DNA from: Acaryochloris marina MBIC11017
GTDB lineage: Bacteria > Cyanobacteriota > Cyanobacteriia > Thermosynechococcales > Thermosynechococcaceae
NCBI RefSeq assembly: GCF_000018105.1
Contig: NC_009925.1
Location: 480,001 to 512,000 of the forward strand
Reading direction: 5' to 3'
DNA length: 32,000 nt
Position 1 is the stretch's first letter. Each line of letters begins with the position of its first letter. The notes beneath the pieces are model-generated. The model made no database searches. It was given only the letters and a program-made list of their open reading frames with translations, and was not told where the DNA came from. The position numbers and the translations under genes were made by a program. Positions 15,144 through 23,652 of this stretch are shown here, in pieces.

Positions 15144-17804
15144 TTAATGGACTTGAATTAGTTGAGGATTGTTGAGGATAAAGACTTCAGCTGCGTCACT
15201 AGACAGAGGTTGGGAGAAATAGTTCCCTTGAGCTTTCTGACACAATAGCTTCTTTAAGTAATTGAGTTGCTGTTTGGATTCTACGCCCTCAGAAATGGCA
15301 TCCATATTTAATTGACTGGCTAAATTAATGATGGTTTCAATAATTTCTTGATTTTCTCCCTGGGCACCAATGCGAGTAATAAAAGACTGATCAATCTTGA
15401 TGGTATTGAAGGGAAATAAATGAAGATAACTCAGGCTGGAATAGCCGGTACCAAAATCATCAATACTCAGTTGAATGCCTCTTTCCTTTAATTGATTTAA
15501 AATTACTTTTAATTCGATCACATTCTCCATCAAGATGCTTTCAGTCAGCTCCAAAGACAACTGGTGGCGGTTTAATCCCGATTGCTCTAAGGCTCTATCA
15601 ACCTTCGTCAGCAGGTTTGGATCTTTAAGCTGCTTGATCGACATGTTTACACTGATGGTGTATTTCACTGCCGATGGATAGGTTTGTAGCCAAGTTGCCA
15701 TCTGTTGACACGCTGATTGCAAGATCCATTCCCCTAACGGGATAATTAAGCCCGTTTCTTCGGCAATGGGTATAAATTCCGTTGGTGGAATAAATCCCCG
15801 TTGGGGATGAGGCCAGCGTCCTAAAGCTTCAAATCCTGATAATTTGCCCGTTTGGATATTGACGATGGGCTGATAAAACACCTGGAGCTGTTGATTGGCA
15901 ATGGCTTGTCGCAAATCATTTTCTAATTGCAGCCGATCTAAGGCTTGCGTATACATCCGCTCATTAAAGATTTCAAAGCAAGCTTTTCCCCGATTTTTTG
16001 CCCGATACATGGCGATATCCGCATCCCTGAGAATGTCCGTGGCCTGACTGTAGTCCGGCGAACTGAGGGCAATGCCCACACTGGCTGAAATAAAGACCTG
16101 GCGATTACTCAAGTCAATCGGAGCGCTCAACTCTTGCACAATCCGATCGGCTACTCGCACGGCATCGTTGACTTCCTCAATGGGTTCGAGAAGAATAACA
16201 AACTCATCTCCACCTAATCGAGCCACAATATCAGTGGCTCTTACTAGGGAATGAAGCTGATGTGCGATCGCACCCAGTAACTGATCTCCCACTTCATGGC
16301 CCAGGCTATCATTGACGATCTTGAACCGATCTAAATCAATAAACAGTACGGCAAATAAATATTGTGAATGCCGCTGGGTCTGCTTCACTGCACGTTCCAA
16401 TTGCTCCATAAAAAAAGCGCGATTGGGAAATCCCGTCAACGGATCGTGAAGGGCGAGATGCTTAAACTGTTCTTCTGCCCGTTGCCGTTCTGCTACTTCT
16501 TTCGTTAAAGCCAGATTGGCCGCTTCCAAATCAGAGAACGTGGCCTGTAGTTTCTCCGCCATACGGTTAAAGGATTGTTGGAGAACCCCAATCTCCTTAA
16601 ATCCTTTGACGGCCACCGTTTGATCAAATTGCCCCGAGGATATGGCTTGACTTGCTTGACTAAAACGGAGAATCGGTCTGGCAATCCAACTGGCGGTACA
16701 CACCCCCAAATAAATAGCACACCCCAACGCTAGGAAACACAGCAATAGGGTCGTTCGTGTGTTGGCATCGATCTGAGCCATAAAGCTGGATTCGGGGATA
16801 ACCAACACACTGAGCCAATCTAATCCATGCTGATCCTGCAACGGCGTCACCTGCAGGAAATATCGCTGCCCCTTAATCGAGAATTGGATTTGGCGTCGAG
16901 CATTAATTTGCTGAAGCCCTCCAGCTTGCTTTGCTAAATAGGCTGCAGTGGCCTGGACAACACCATCTTCACTATGGGTTGCCATCAATCGGCCGGGTTT
17001 ATGATTGCGCCAAACAAATGGCAGCTCATTGGACGATGTCGCAACAATGTCACCGGAGCGTTCCAGAATAAATGTCCGACTGGAGTCACATAGACTCAAC
17101 TCTTTGAGAAAATCACTAATTTGGGCCAGGGAGAGATCTGTCGCTAAAATGCCCTGGAATTTTCCTTGAGCATCATAATAGGGCTGACCCAGGGTGATAG
17201 CTAAGGTGGGCGGGCTGACCCAGGGATAGATCTCTGTCCAGGCCGGTTTGTCGGCCTGTTGAGGCACAATGTACCAGGGACGCTGACGAGCATCAAAGTT
17301 AGGAGAGATTTTAAGATACTGCTTGCGATCTCCTTTTGTATCAATACTGTAGGTCTGCAGTGCTCCCGTCTCTTCTGTCACCTGGTAGGTGAGCGTCCCA
17401 TCATCGTTGACCGCTAAGCCTACAAACTCCCCTTGCAAATTGCCAAATTGAATATAGCTAATCAACTTAAACACTTGGCTCTGACGCCAAAAATGGCGTT
17501 CCATACTCTGGAGATCATTCAGTTGGAGCTGCCCCATATCTAAGGCATCTTCATTGAGTTGATTGACTTGATGAGGGGTCAATAGATAAATATTGAGTCG
17601 CTCTGAAATCCGATCTCCCGTTTCTGACATCAACTGATTGGCTAAGTCTTCTATCGCCTCTTCGCCATTACGCAAAGACAAGTAGCCCACCAGACCCACA
17701 GAAACCAGTAGCTGCAGAACGAATAGAACAATCAGTGTAAAACGTAGCGGTAACGCTCGATGGAGTGGAAAACGAATCTTTTTCCAGCGTGATAACTGTT
17801 CCAT
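15144..17804 (-). CDS. Membrane sensor: Cache-like periplasmic domain, HAMP, GGDEF, EAL (c-di-GMP turnover)
   Basis: N-terminal TM, about 300-aa extracytoplasmic region, second TM, then HAMP (IARPILRFSQASQAISSGQFDQ...FNRMAEKLQ). GGDEF is intact (RLGGDEFVILL). The EAL domain has GFEALGRW, ...ELTES..., DDFGTGYSSL. Confidence 0.9.
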   Translation of the reverse strand: MEQLSRWKKIRFPLHRALPLRFTLIVLFVLQLLVSVGLVGYLSLRNGEEAIEDLANQLMSETGDRISERLNIYLLTPHQVNQLNEDALDMGQLQLNDLQSMERHFWRQSQVFKLISYIQFGNLQGEFVGLAVNDDGTLTYQVTEETGALQTYSIDTKGDRKQYLKISPNFDARQRPWYIVPQQADKPAWTEIYPWVSPPTLAITLGQPYYDAQGKFQGILATDLSLAQISDFLKELSLCDSSRTFILERSGDIVATSSNELPFVWRNHKPGRLMATHSEDGVVQATAAYLAKQAGGLQQINARRQIQFSIKGQRYFLQVTPLQDQHGLDWLSVLVIPESSFMAQIDANTRTTLLLCFLALGCAIYLGVCTASWIARPILRFSQASQAISSGQFDQTVAVKGFKEIGVLQQSFNRMAEKLQATFSDLEAANLALTKEVAERQRAEEQFKHLALHDPLTGFPNRAFFMEQLERAVKQTQRHSQYLFAVLFIDLDRFKIVNDSLGHEVGDQLLGAIAHQLHSLVRATDIVARLGGDEFVILLEPIEEVNDAVRVADRIVQELSAPIDLSNRQVFISASVGIALSSPDYSQATDILRDADIAMYRAKNRGKACFEIFNERMYTQALDRLQLENDLRQAIANQQLQVFYQPIVNIQTGKLSGFEALGRWPHPQRGFIPPTEFIPIAEETGLIIPLGEWILQSACQQMATWLQTYPSAVKYTISVNMSIKQLKDPNLLTKVDRALEQSGLNRHQLSLELTESILMENVIELKVILNQLKERGIQLSIDDFGTGYSSLSYLHLFPFNTIKIDQSFITRIGAQGENQEIIETIINLASQLNMDAISEGVESKQQLNYLKKLLCQKAQGNYFSQPLSSDAAEVFILNNPQLIQVH

Positions 17805-18259
17805 GTCATCAATGCAACCCTTTTACTGCATTTGTTAGCTAGAAAATTGCTAATACAGTGATTTTATGGTTATACCACCATTAATTATTCATTAGTCAGA
17901 GAGGTTAAGTATTAACTGAATAAATTTATCAAGCTCAACCGATGGAGATGCTTTGAGGGCGAGGTTACATGGGCTGAATAAGACTGCCTTGATGGGGAAC
18001 ATCTTGCCAATAAAAGTATTCAAGATTGGACAATAGCGATTAAATCACCGACTTGTAAAACCCTCAAATTCCTCGTTAATTGAATAAATCAATAACTAAA
18101 GCTTAAAAAAACAATATTTTCTCATTAGTTTGAATTGAAATATTGAAGAAGCGTTCACGAGGGAACAGACTAATTTTTGTCGATTGTATTTGAAGGGGTT
18201 GAAGAACGCACAACGCTAAAGGGTGCCAAACTGCTTGATGGTTCACAATCAAGCTATAG

Positions 18260-18347
18260 ATTGAAGTCGACAAAAGTGCACACTGCTGACGACTTCAATG
18301 ACCGAGACGGGAGCCAAAACTCGATTATCGGAGTCTAAAACCCCGTC
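18260..18347 (+). promoter_or_regulatory. Candidate structured RNA element (two adjacent hairpin domains) in the leader of the amidinotransferase gene; class unknown
   Basis: A 10-bp perfect stem pairs ATTGAAGTCG (18260-18269) with CGACTTCAAT (18290-18299). A second helix pairs GACGGG (18306-18311) with CCCGTC (18342-18347). It encloses symmetric 7-nt internal loops and a 6-bp bulged hairpin (18319-18334). Confidence 0.3.
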
Positions 18348-18479
18348 AAGACGGTGCAAATCGTTACAGACAAAGAACTCCCTGCTGGGCAAGATTGATT
18401 TTCTGAACAAGATCTCATACAGTTCTGAGGAAACTTTTGGCATCAACTAGGGGCCATTCGAAATAGGTGAGGAAAGATA

Positions 18480-19586
18480 ATGACGGAATTGATGACAGAC
18501 TCGACCGAATCGACCACCGCAACCCCCTGTCCAGTCAATTCCTATAATGAATGGGATCCACTAGAAGAGGTGATTGTCGGTCACTTAGAAGGGGCGATTA
18601 TTCCTCCCTATCACGTGACCGTGACTTACAATATCCCCCCCAGTACCGCCCGGTTATATCGGATTTTTGCGGGACAAAAGTACCCTGGGTTCTTGCTCAA
18701 AAAAGCTCAGCGGGAACTGGATGAATTTATTCACATCCTAGAATCTGAAGGGGTGGTTGTTCGACGTCCTGAAGTAATTAAAGGCACCAAACGCTATAAG
18801 GCCTTGGATTGGTCTTCTAAGGGATTTTGTACCGCCTGTCCTCGCGATGGTTTTATGGTGCTGGGCGACGAAATCATTGAAACTCCAATGGCATGGCGGT
18901 GCCGCTATTTTGAAACCCATGCTTACCGTCCGCTCTTTAAGGAATATTTTGCTCAAGGGGCTCGTTGGACTTCAGCACCGAAGCCGGAGTTAACGGACGA
19001 TCTATTCGATTATTCCTTTAAGCCCCCCGCTAAGGGAGAACCCATTCGTTATGTGATCAATGAGTTTGAACCCGTCTTTGATGCTGCTGATTTTGTCCGC
19101 TGTGGCCGCGATTTATTTGTGACCCAAAGTAATGTCACTAATCAAGCAGGAATTACTTGGCTGCGGCGTCACCTGGGTGATCGCTATCAAATTCACGAGA
19201 TCAATAGCTCCTGTCCCACCCCCATGCACATTGACTCTACCTTTATTCCCTTGGCACCGGGGAAAGCCTTGATTAATCCTGAGTATATTGATGTGGATAA
19301 ACTCCCTAAAGCCCTTAAATCTTGGGATATGCTAGTTCCCCCCGAACCAGATCCGATCAAGGGCGTTCCCTCCATGTGTAGTAAGTGGATTAGTCTCAAC
19401 GTTCTCATGCTGGATGAGAAACGGGTGATCGTCGAAGAAGATCAAACCTCATTGATCGCAGCTTTTAAAGATTGGGGATTTGAACCGATTAAATGTCCCT
19501 TTATCAACTTTGCGCCCTTTGGGGGGTCTTTCCACTGCGCCACTTTGGATATTCGTCGGCGTGGTACTTTGCAGTCCTACTGTTAG
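18480..19586 (+). CDS. Amidinotransferase of the glycine amidinotransferase (AGAT) / StrB1 family
   Basis: The C-terminus FGGSFHCATLDIRRRGTLQSY closely resembles the catalytic-Cys region and C-terminus I recall for AGAT. A catalytic-His candidate is in TPMHIDSTF. SD AGGTGAGGA is at 18465-18473. Confidence 0.85.
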   Translation: MTELMTDSTESTTATPCPVNSYNEWDPLEEVIVGHLEGAIIPPYHVTVTYNIPPSTARLYRIFAGQKYPGFLLKKAQRELDEFIHILESEGVVVRRPEVIKGTKRYKALDWSSKGFCTACPRDGFMVLGDEIIETPMAWRCRYFETHAYRPLFKEYFAQGARWTSAPKPELTDDLFDYSFKPPAKGEPIRYVINEFEPVFDAADFVRCGRDLFVTQSNVTNQAGITWLRRHLGDRYQIHEINSSCPTPMHIDSTFIPLAPGKALINPEYIDVDKLPKALKSWDMLVPPEPDPIKGVPSMCSKWISLNVLMLDEKRVIVEEDQTSLIAAFKDWGFEPIKCPFINFAPFGGSFHCATLDIRRRGTLQSYC

Positions 19587-19590
19587 GCCC

Positions 19591-20607
19591 ATGCAGTCTT
19601 CAGCACAGAAGTATCGATTGGACTGGAAACTCCAGATTCTGAAGGGTTTATTAAACCGTTCTCAGCCGATTGAGCTGTTAAGTCCTGAAGCACTACGCCA
19701 GCGGAATGAAACATCGCGCCCGGCTGTCATTGATTGGCTCAAGCATGGGCGCAAACGCAAATTACCCAAAGTTCGCAATCAGTGGGTGACGGGTCGCCAT
19801 GGCAATATCCCTATTCGGCTTTATTACCCCAGCTTGAACTCCCCTCTCCCCTGCGTTGTTTTCTTTCATGGTGGGGGTTGGGTAACGGGGAACCTGGGCA
19901 CCCATGATGCCTTCTGTCGGCAGATTGCCTATCAAAGTGGGGCTTTGGTCCTGTCGGTGGCCTATCGCTTAGCCCCTGAATTTCCCTATCCCACTCCTTT
20001 AGAAGATTGCTATGACGCGACCCAATGGGCAGCTCAAAATGCGGATGCTTTAGGAGCTGATCCCCGGCAACTCATGGTTATGGGAGATAGTGCGGGAGGC
20101 AACCTGGCTGCAGCTGTCTGTCTAATGGCTCGCGATTTAGAGGGTCCTAATCTCCAAAAACAGATTTTGCTCTATCCAGCGTTGGATGGCACTCTCAACC
20201 ATCCTTCCATGGATCAGTATGCGGATGCCCCCGTCCTCAAGAAAACTGCCATGGAGATCTTCATTAATCAATATGCCAATTCGCCTGCAGATATTCAGTC
20301 CCCCTATTTTTCGCCATTGTTAGCTGAGACCTTGAATCACTTACCGTCTGCCCTGGTAATTACGGCGGCCTATGATCCCTTACGAGATGAAGGCCAAGCC
20401 TATGCTCAGCGCTTACAGCAGGCTGGTGTTCCCACCCAAGTGACGGACTATCCAGGCATGGTTCATGGTTTTCTGAGTTTTCCCCGATTCTGTAGCGGTG
20501 CAAAGCTAGCCTGGGCTGAAATTACCCAATACCTTCAGGCCGCCACTTCTCCCAATTGTTCCCCTACCGATAGCCTTAATCCATTGGCAAAGTCTCCCCC
20601 CGACTGA
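19591..20607 (+). CDS. Alpha/beta hydrolase fold-3 esterase/lipase (hormone-sensitive-lipase-like)
   Basis: Oxyanion motif FFHGGGWVTG, nucleophile elbow GDSAGGN, acid DPLRDE and His in MVHGF. The ORF-track start 19480 overlaps the upstream gene. ATG 19591 is in frame, 4 nt after the upstream TAG (19584-19586). Confidence 0.85.
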   Translation: MQSSAQKYRLDWKLQILKGLLNRSQPIELLSPEALRQRNETSRPAVIDWLKHGRKRKLPKVRNQWVTGRHGNIPIRLYYPSLNSPLPCVVFFHGGGWVTGNLGTHDAFCRQIAYQSGALVLSVAYRLAPEFPYPTPLEDCYDATQWAAQNADALGADPRQLMVMGDSAGGNLAAAVCLMARDLEGPNLQKQILLYPALDGTLNHPSMDQYADAPVLKKTAMEIFINQYANSPADIQSPYFSPLLAETLNHLPSALVITAAYDPLRDEGQAYAQRLQQAGVPTQVTDYPGMVHGFLSFPRFCSGAKLAWAEITQYLQAATSPNCSPTDSLNPLAKSPPD

Positions 20608-21536
20608 CGACGTTTACCGGCCATTTGCAAGGATCGCAATAGCAATAACCCTTCACCCGTTTGTACGACTGGACCTTGCTGAGGCGCAATATAAACGATG
20701 GTACCGGGAGAAGCATCTGAAGGGGGGATGACCGGGGTGAGAGCTGCTAACTCCTCGGGTAGAGCAGCTGCATAGGCTTCCCCCAGAGGGGCTGTGGCCA
20801 TGATTTTAAGGCCAGATTCTCGAAATTGAGTGACACAGTTAGGTGAAAATCCTCGAATCTGATTGTGTAGTGCGATCGCAGATCGAGACCAATCTAATAT
20901 AAAATCAGATTTTTGAATCAAGGGAGCATAGGTAGCTTGGTCAGAGTCTTGAGGGGTAGGCGTTAGGATTTGTTGATCAAGCTGGTTCAGGGTATCGATC
21001 AACAAATCACCGGACAAATCAGCCAAACGAATTGCCACATCCAGAGTATTTTCCAGTAGACCAATCTCAATGCTTTTGATCAGCAGCATATCGCCAGTAT
21101 CCATGCCTTCATCCATCAGCATGGTGGTGATACCGGCTAAGGACTCACCATGATAGAGACCCCACTGAATAGGGGCCGCCCCCCGATATTTAGGGAGTAA
21201 GGAGCCATGGCTATTAATGCAGCCTAAGCGAGGCATAGCCAGGATCTCTGGGGATAGAAGTTGACCGTAGGCAACCACAACAAAGGCATCCGCCCCTTGC
21301 GATTTCAACTCTGTCAAAATCTCTTGATCTTTTTTAATATTATGAGATTGCCAAATCGGCAATCCTGCTTCCATGGCAACCGTTTTCACGGGAGATGGAG
21401 ACACTTTGCTTCCCCTACCTCGTCGTTTATCCGGCTGAGTCACCACCCCTAATACCTGTATCTCAGGTGCATGGAGCAGACGTTCTAAACTAGGAACGGC
21501 GAACTGTGGAGTTCCCCAATAAATAAGCTTAATCAC
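20535..21536 (-). CDS. fmt: Methionyl-tRNA formyltransferase
   Basis: N-terminus IKLIYWGTPQFAVPSL and formyltransferase core HGSLLPKYRGAAPIQW, with a C-terminal tRNA-binding-type domain. GTG start at 21534-21536. Confidence 0.95.
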   Translation of the reverse strand: MIKLIYWGTPQFAVPSLERLLHAPEIQVLGVVTQPDKRRGRGSKVSPSPVKTVAMEAGLPIWQSHNIKKDQEILTELKSQGADAFVVVAYGQLLSPEILAMPRLGCINSHGSLLPKYRGAAPIQWGLYHGESLAGITTMLMDEGMDTGDMLLIKSIEIGLLENTLDVAIRLADLSGDLLIDTLNQLDQQILTPTPQDSDQATYAPLIQKSDFILDWSRSAIALHNQIRGFSPNCVTQFRESGLKIMATAPLGEAYAAALPEELAALTPVIPPSDASPGTIVYIAPQQGPVVQTGEGLLLLRSLQMAGKRRQSGGDFANGLRLSVGEQLGEVAA

Positions 21537-21624
21537 ACCGCCAATCTTGGCTCTTGCTTACAACTTTGGCATCATACCCCAGCACAGCAAAGATCAAGCC
21601 CCGTTAGATTAAAAGCTAGGGAAT

Positions 21625-22419
21625 CTAAACGGTTTTCTCTGCTGTCTCTTCAGAGCCTTTCAACATTTGGCGGAGAGCAACTAACCCTTTCTTGACTTGA
21701 CGAGAGACCGTCACCGCACTGATACCCAAGACTTCAGCTGTTTCCTTTTGAGTTAAGTCATGGAAAAAGACAAACTCTAGGACATCCGAAGTTCGCTTTT
21801 CTAACTTAGATAAGGCTTGGCGCAATCGAATTTGATCTTCTTGAGCGAGCTGAAAACTATGATAGTGGCGATCAGGCAGTAGCTCACCCAAAGACATGGA
21901 TTCTTGCTCAGAATTATGAACTGGAGCATCAAGGCTTAAAACTGAGCGATTGCAAGATGCCAGCTTTACTTCTTGCCATTCCTTTTGGCAAATGTCTAAG
22001 GCTGCAGCTACCTCAACGTCCGTAGGTTGCCGTTGTAATTCATCCCTCATTTCCCGGGTCACGTTAATGGCCTGCCGTTGGAGTTCGTGCCATTTGCGAG
22101 GGATCCGAACCTGAGGACTTTTATCTCGCAGATAATGTTGAATCTCTCCTCGGATGTAGGGAACTGCAAAGGAACTAAAGGCATGTCCTTTAAAGGGGTC
22201 AAACCGTTCGATGGCTCGAATTAAGCCAAGGGAACCTACCTGCATTAAATCATCAAAACTTTCAGTGGAATGGCCAACCCAGCGATGAGCCTCTCTCCTG
22301 ACTAATCCCAAATTCATCTGTACGAGGCGATTTCGCAACTCAGTGCATGAAGACTGTTGATACTGCTGCAATAACTCCAAGCTTTCACTTTTAAGATTAT
22401 TAGTAAGAGTTGCGGTCAT
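21625..22419 (-). CDS. Group-3 sigma-70 family factor (SigF/SigB-like)
   Basis: Region 2 (DLMQVGSLGLIRAIERFDP, FSSFAVPYIRGEIQHYLRD), region 3, and region 4.2 HTH (LTQKETAEVLGISAVTVSRQVKKGL). It has no region 1.1 and no long N-terminal extension. Confidence 0.9.
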   Translation of the reverse strand: MTATLTNNLKSESLELLQQYQQSSCTELRNRLVQMNLGLVRREAHRWVGHSTESFDDLMQVGSLGLIRAIERFDPFKGHAFSSFAVPYIRGEIQHYLRDKSPQVRIPRKWHELQRQAINVTREMRDELQRQPTDVEVAAALDICQKEWQEVKLASCNRSVLSLDAPVHNSEQESMSLGELLPDRHYHSFQLAQEDQIRLRQALSKLEKRTSDVLEFVFFHDLTQKETAEVLGISAVTVSRQVKKGLVALRQMLKGSEETAEKTV

Positions 22420-22754
22420 GTCAAAAAAATATGAATTTGTTTTTAAGTCCGTTCTAATTCAGAGTTCTGAGGAGAAGAAAACGATTTCGAACCTTTCATT
22501 AACTTAAGAAGTCAAAGGATAAACGGACATCAGCAAATCCACGGAACTTTGTTGATCACTCCTTAACATTCCTTATCTATCTATCTTCTCCCCTTACGTC
22601 TGGGAGGATGAAGTTCTCGATAAACCATTGATAGAAGGGAATTTGAAGTGTGTAGGATCAAATCCTGGTCTCCCTTCAATTCAATAAAAATTTCCTTAGT
22701 ATAGATGGGGCCAGTAAGAATACGCAGTTGCCTTATTCACTAAATTGAGACATA

Positions 22755-22793
22755 AAAAAGCAGGTGCGTTTGATTAAAACACACCTGCTTTTT
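22755..22793 (-). terminator. Rho-independent terminator downstream of psbO
   Basis: GC core GCAGGTG (22760-22766) pairs with CACCTGC (22782-22788) around a 15-nt loop. The minus strand has a following T6 tract (A-run 22754-22759). It lies 55 nt after the psbO stop and has A/T tails on both sides, so it may act bidirectionally. Confidence 0.7.
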
Positions 22794-22848
22794 GAATGTA
22801 TATTTTAGGTTACAGAATAACCCTCAATGTTCAAGTTAATAGAATCTC

Positions 22849-23652
22849 TTAGTTGACACGACCATAGAAAATTCCACGGACTTTCACTTCTAAGGGGTCA
22901 ATAGCACCTAAGTCACTATCTGAAAACTGTTCGCTTTCGAAGGTGCCACCAAATTCTCCAGTTTCGCTATCAACAGAAGCAACATCCATGGAGATACTAC
23001 CTTTGGTGAGGTCAAAGCGCTTGGCATTGGCTCGGTTTAGCTTGTCAGCATCTGCAGAAGCAGGTAGTGCGACAGCATTGTCATAACCTGTGGAAACACC
23101 CCGACCTTTGGGATCTAAGAAACCTGAAGTTCGGTATGAAGGAACAGCATACTCTCCAGAGAAGCTAGTTCCGTCAGCGATGGAGCTACCGGAGGCAGAA
23201 GCTAGAAGCTCCTTGACGGTGAACAGCATGGGTACCCGTTCACGGCCAGAAATTTGTACGGTAATAGCTTGGAAATCCATACCGTCTTTTTCTTTGAACG
23301 TTAAACCGCCGCCATCAGCAGATAAAGGTCCTTCAATCTGCTCAAGGGTCGTTGTTTTCCGAGTCATAACGCTCGCAGGCACGAATTCGGCCTCTTGGCG
23401 AGGGTTCTTAGGCTCTTCTTTCACGAAGAAAGAAGTGGGTTGGAAACACAAATCTGTAATGTAGGCAGAGCCTCCGACTGATATGGTGTCACCGGTGCCT
23501 GTAGGAAGGGTTGGGCAGCTATCAGCCAGACCAGTGCCTTTTACCTGGTCGTAGGTCATAGAGCTGGGTACAACTGCCAAAGCTTTGGCGTTGACTGAGA
23601 AAACCCCCAGACAGACCGCTAAAAAAGTAACGATTAAAGTGCGAAATCTCAT
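22849..23652 (-). CDS. psbO: Photosystem II manganese-stabilising protein PsbO precursor
   Basis: Signal peptide, then TYDQVKGTGLADSCPTL, LCFQPTSFFVKEEPKNPRQEAEFVP, VPSYRTSGFLDPKGRG, GTFESEQFSDSDLGA and VKVRGIFYG. Both conserved Cys are present. Confidence 0.95.
   Translation of the reverse strand: MRFRTLIVTFLAVCLGVFSVNAKALAVVPSSMTYDQVKGTGLADSCPTLPTGTGDTISVGGSAYITDLCFQPTSFFVKEEPKNPRQEAEFVPASVMTRKTTTLEQIEGPLSADGGGLTFKEKDGMDFQAITVQISGRERVPMLFTVKELLASASGSSIADGTSFSGEYAVPSYRTSGFLDPKGRGVSTGYDNAVALPASADADKLNRANAKRFDLTKGSISMDVASVDSETGEFGGTFESEQFSDSDLGAIDPLEVKVRGIFYGRVN

Noticed and set aside
18151-18209. Possible glutamine (glnA-type) riboswitch: CGTTCAC...GAAGAACGC closing a ~60-nt element.
   Set aside because: Only the closing helix and length resemble my memory of the glnA RNA. 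The conserved internal ACGGAAGUAG-like core is absent, and the downstream gene is not a typical glutamine-riboswitch target. I kept it only as part of the leader-structure finding.
18251-18360. Assignment of the two-hairpin element to a known guanidine riboswitch class (ykkC, mini-ykkC, ykkC-III).
   Set aside because: It contains fragments such as CCGAGA, ACGG and CAAGACGG. However, the ACGG motifs are not hairpin tetraloops (mini-ykkC), the CUAGGG/GGUCCGAGAG/GCCCGGGAGA blocks are not intact (ykkC), and the ykkC-III pseudoknot pairings cannot be drawn. A class call needs a covariance-model search.
18249-18446. 65-aa minus-strand ORF in the amidinotransferase leader.
   Set aside because: It has no recognisable family, and its start would sit within ~35 nt of the opposing gene's ribosome-binding site with no room for a promoter. 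It overlaps the structured element, so it is probably a chance ORF.
19480-19590. Longer esterase start from the ORF track (MNRLNVPL...).
   Set aside because: It would overlap the amidinotransferase by 107 nt. The in-frame ATG at 19591, 4 nt after the upstream stop, gives a normal esterase N-terminus.
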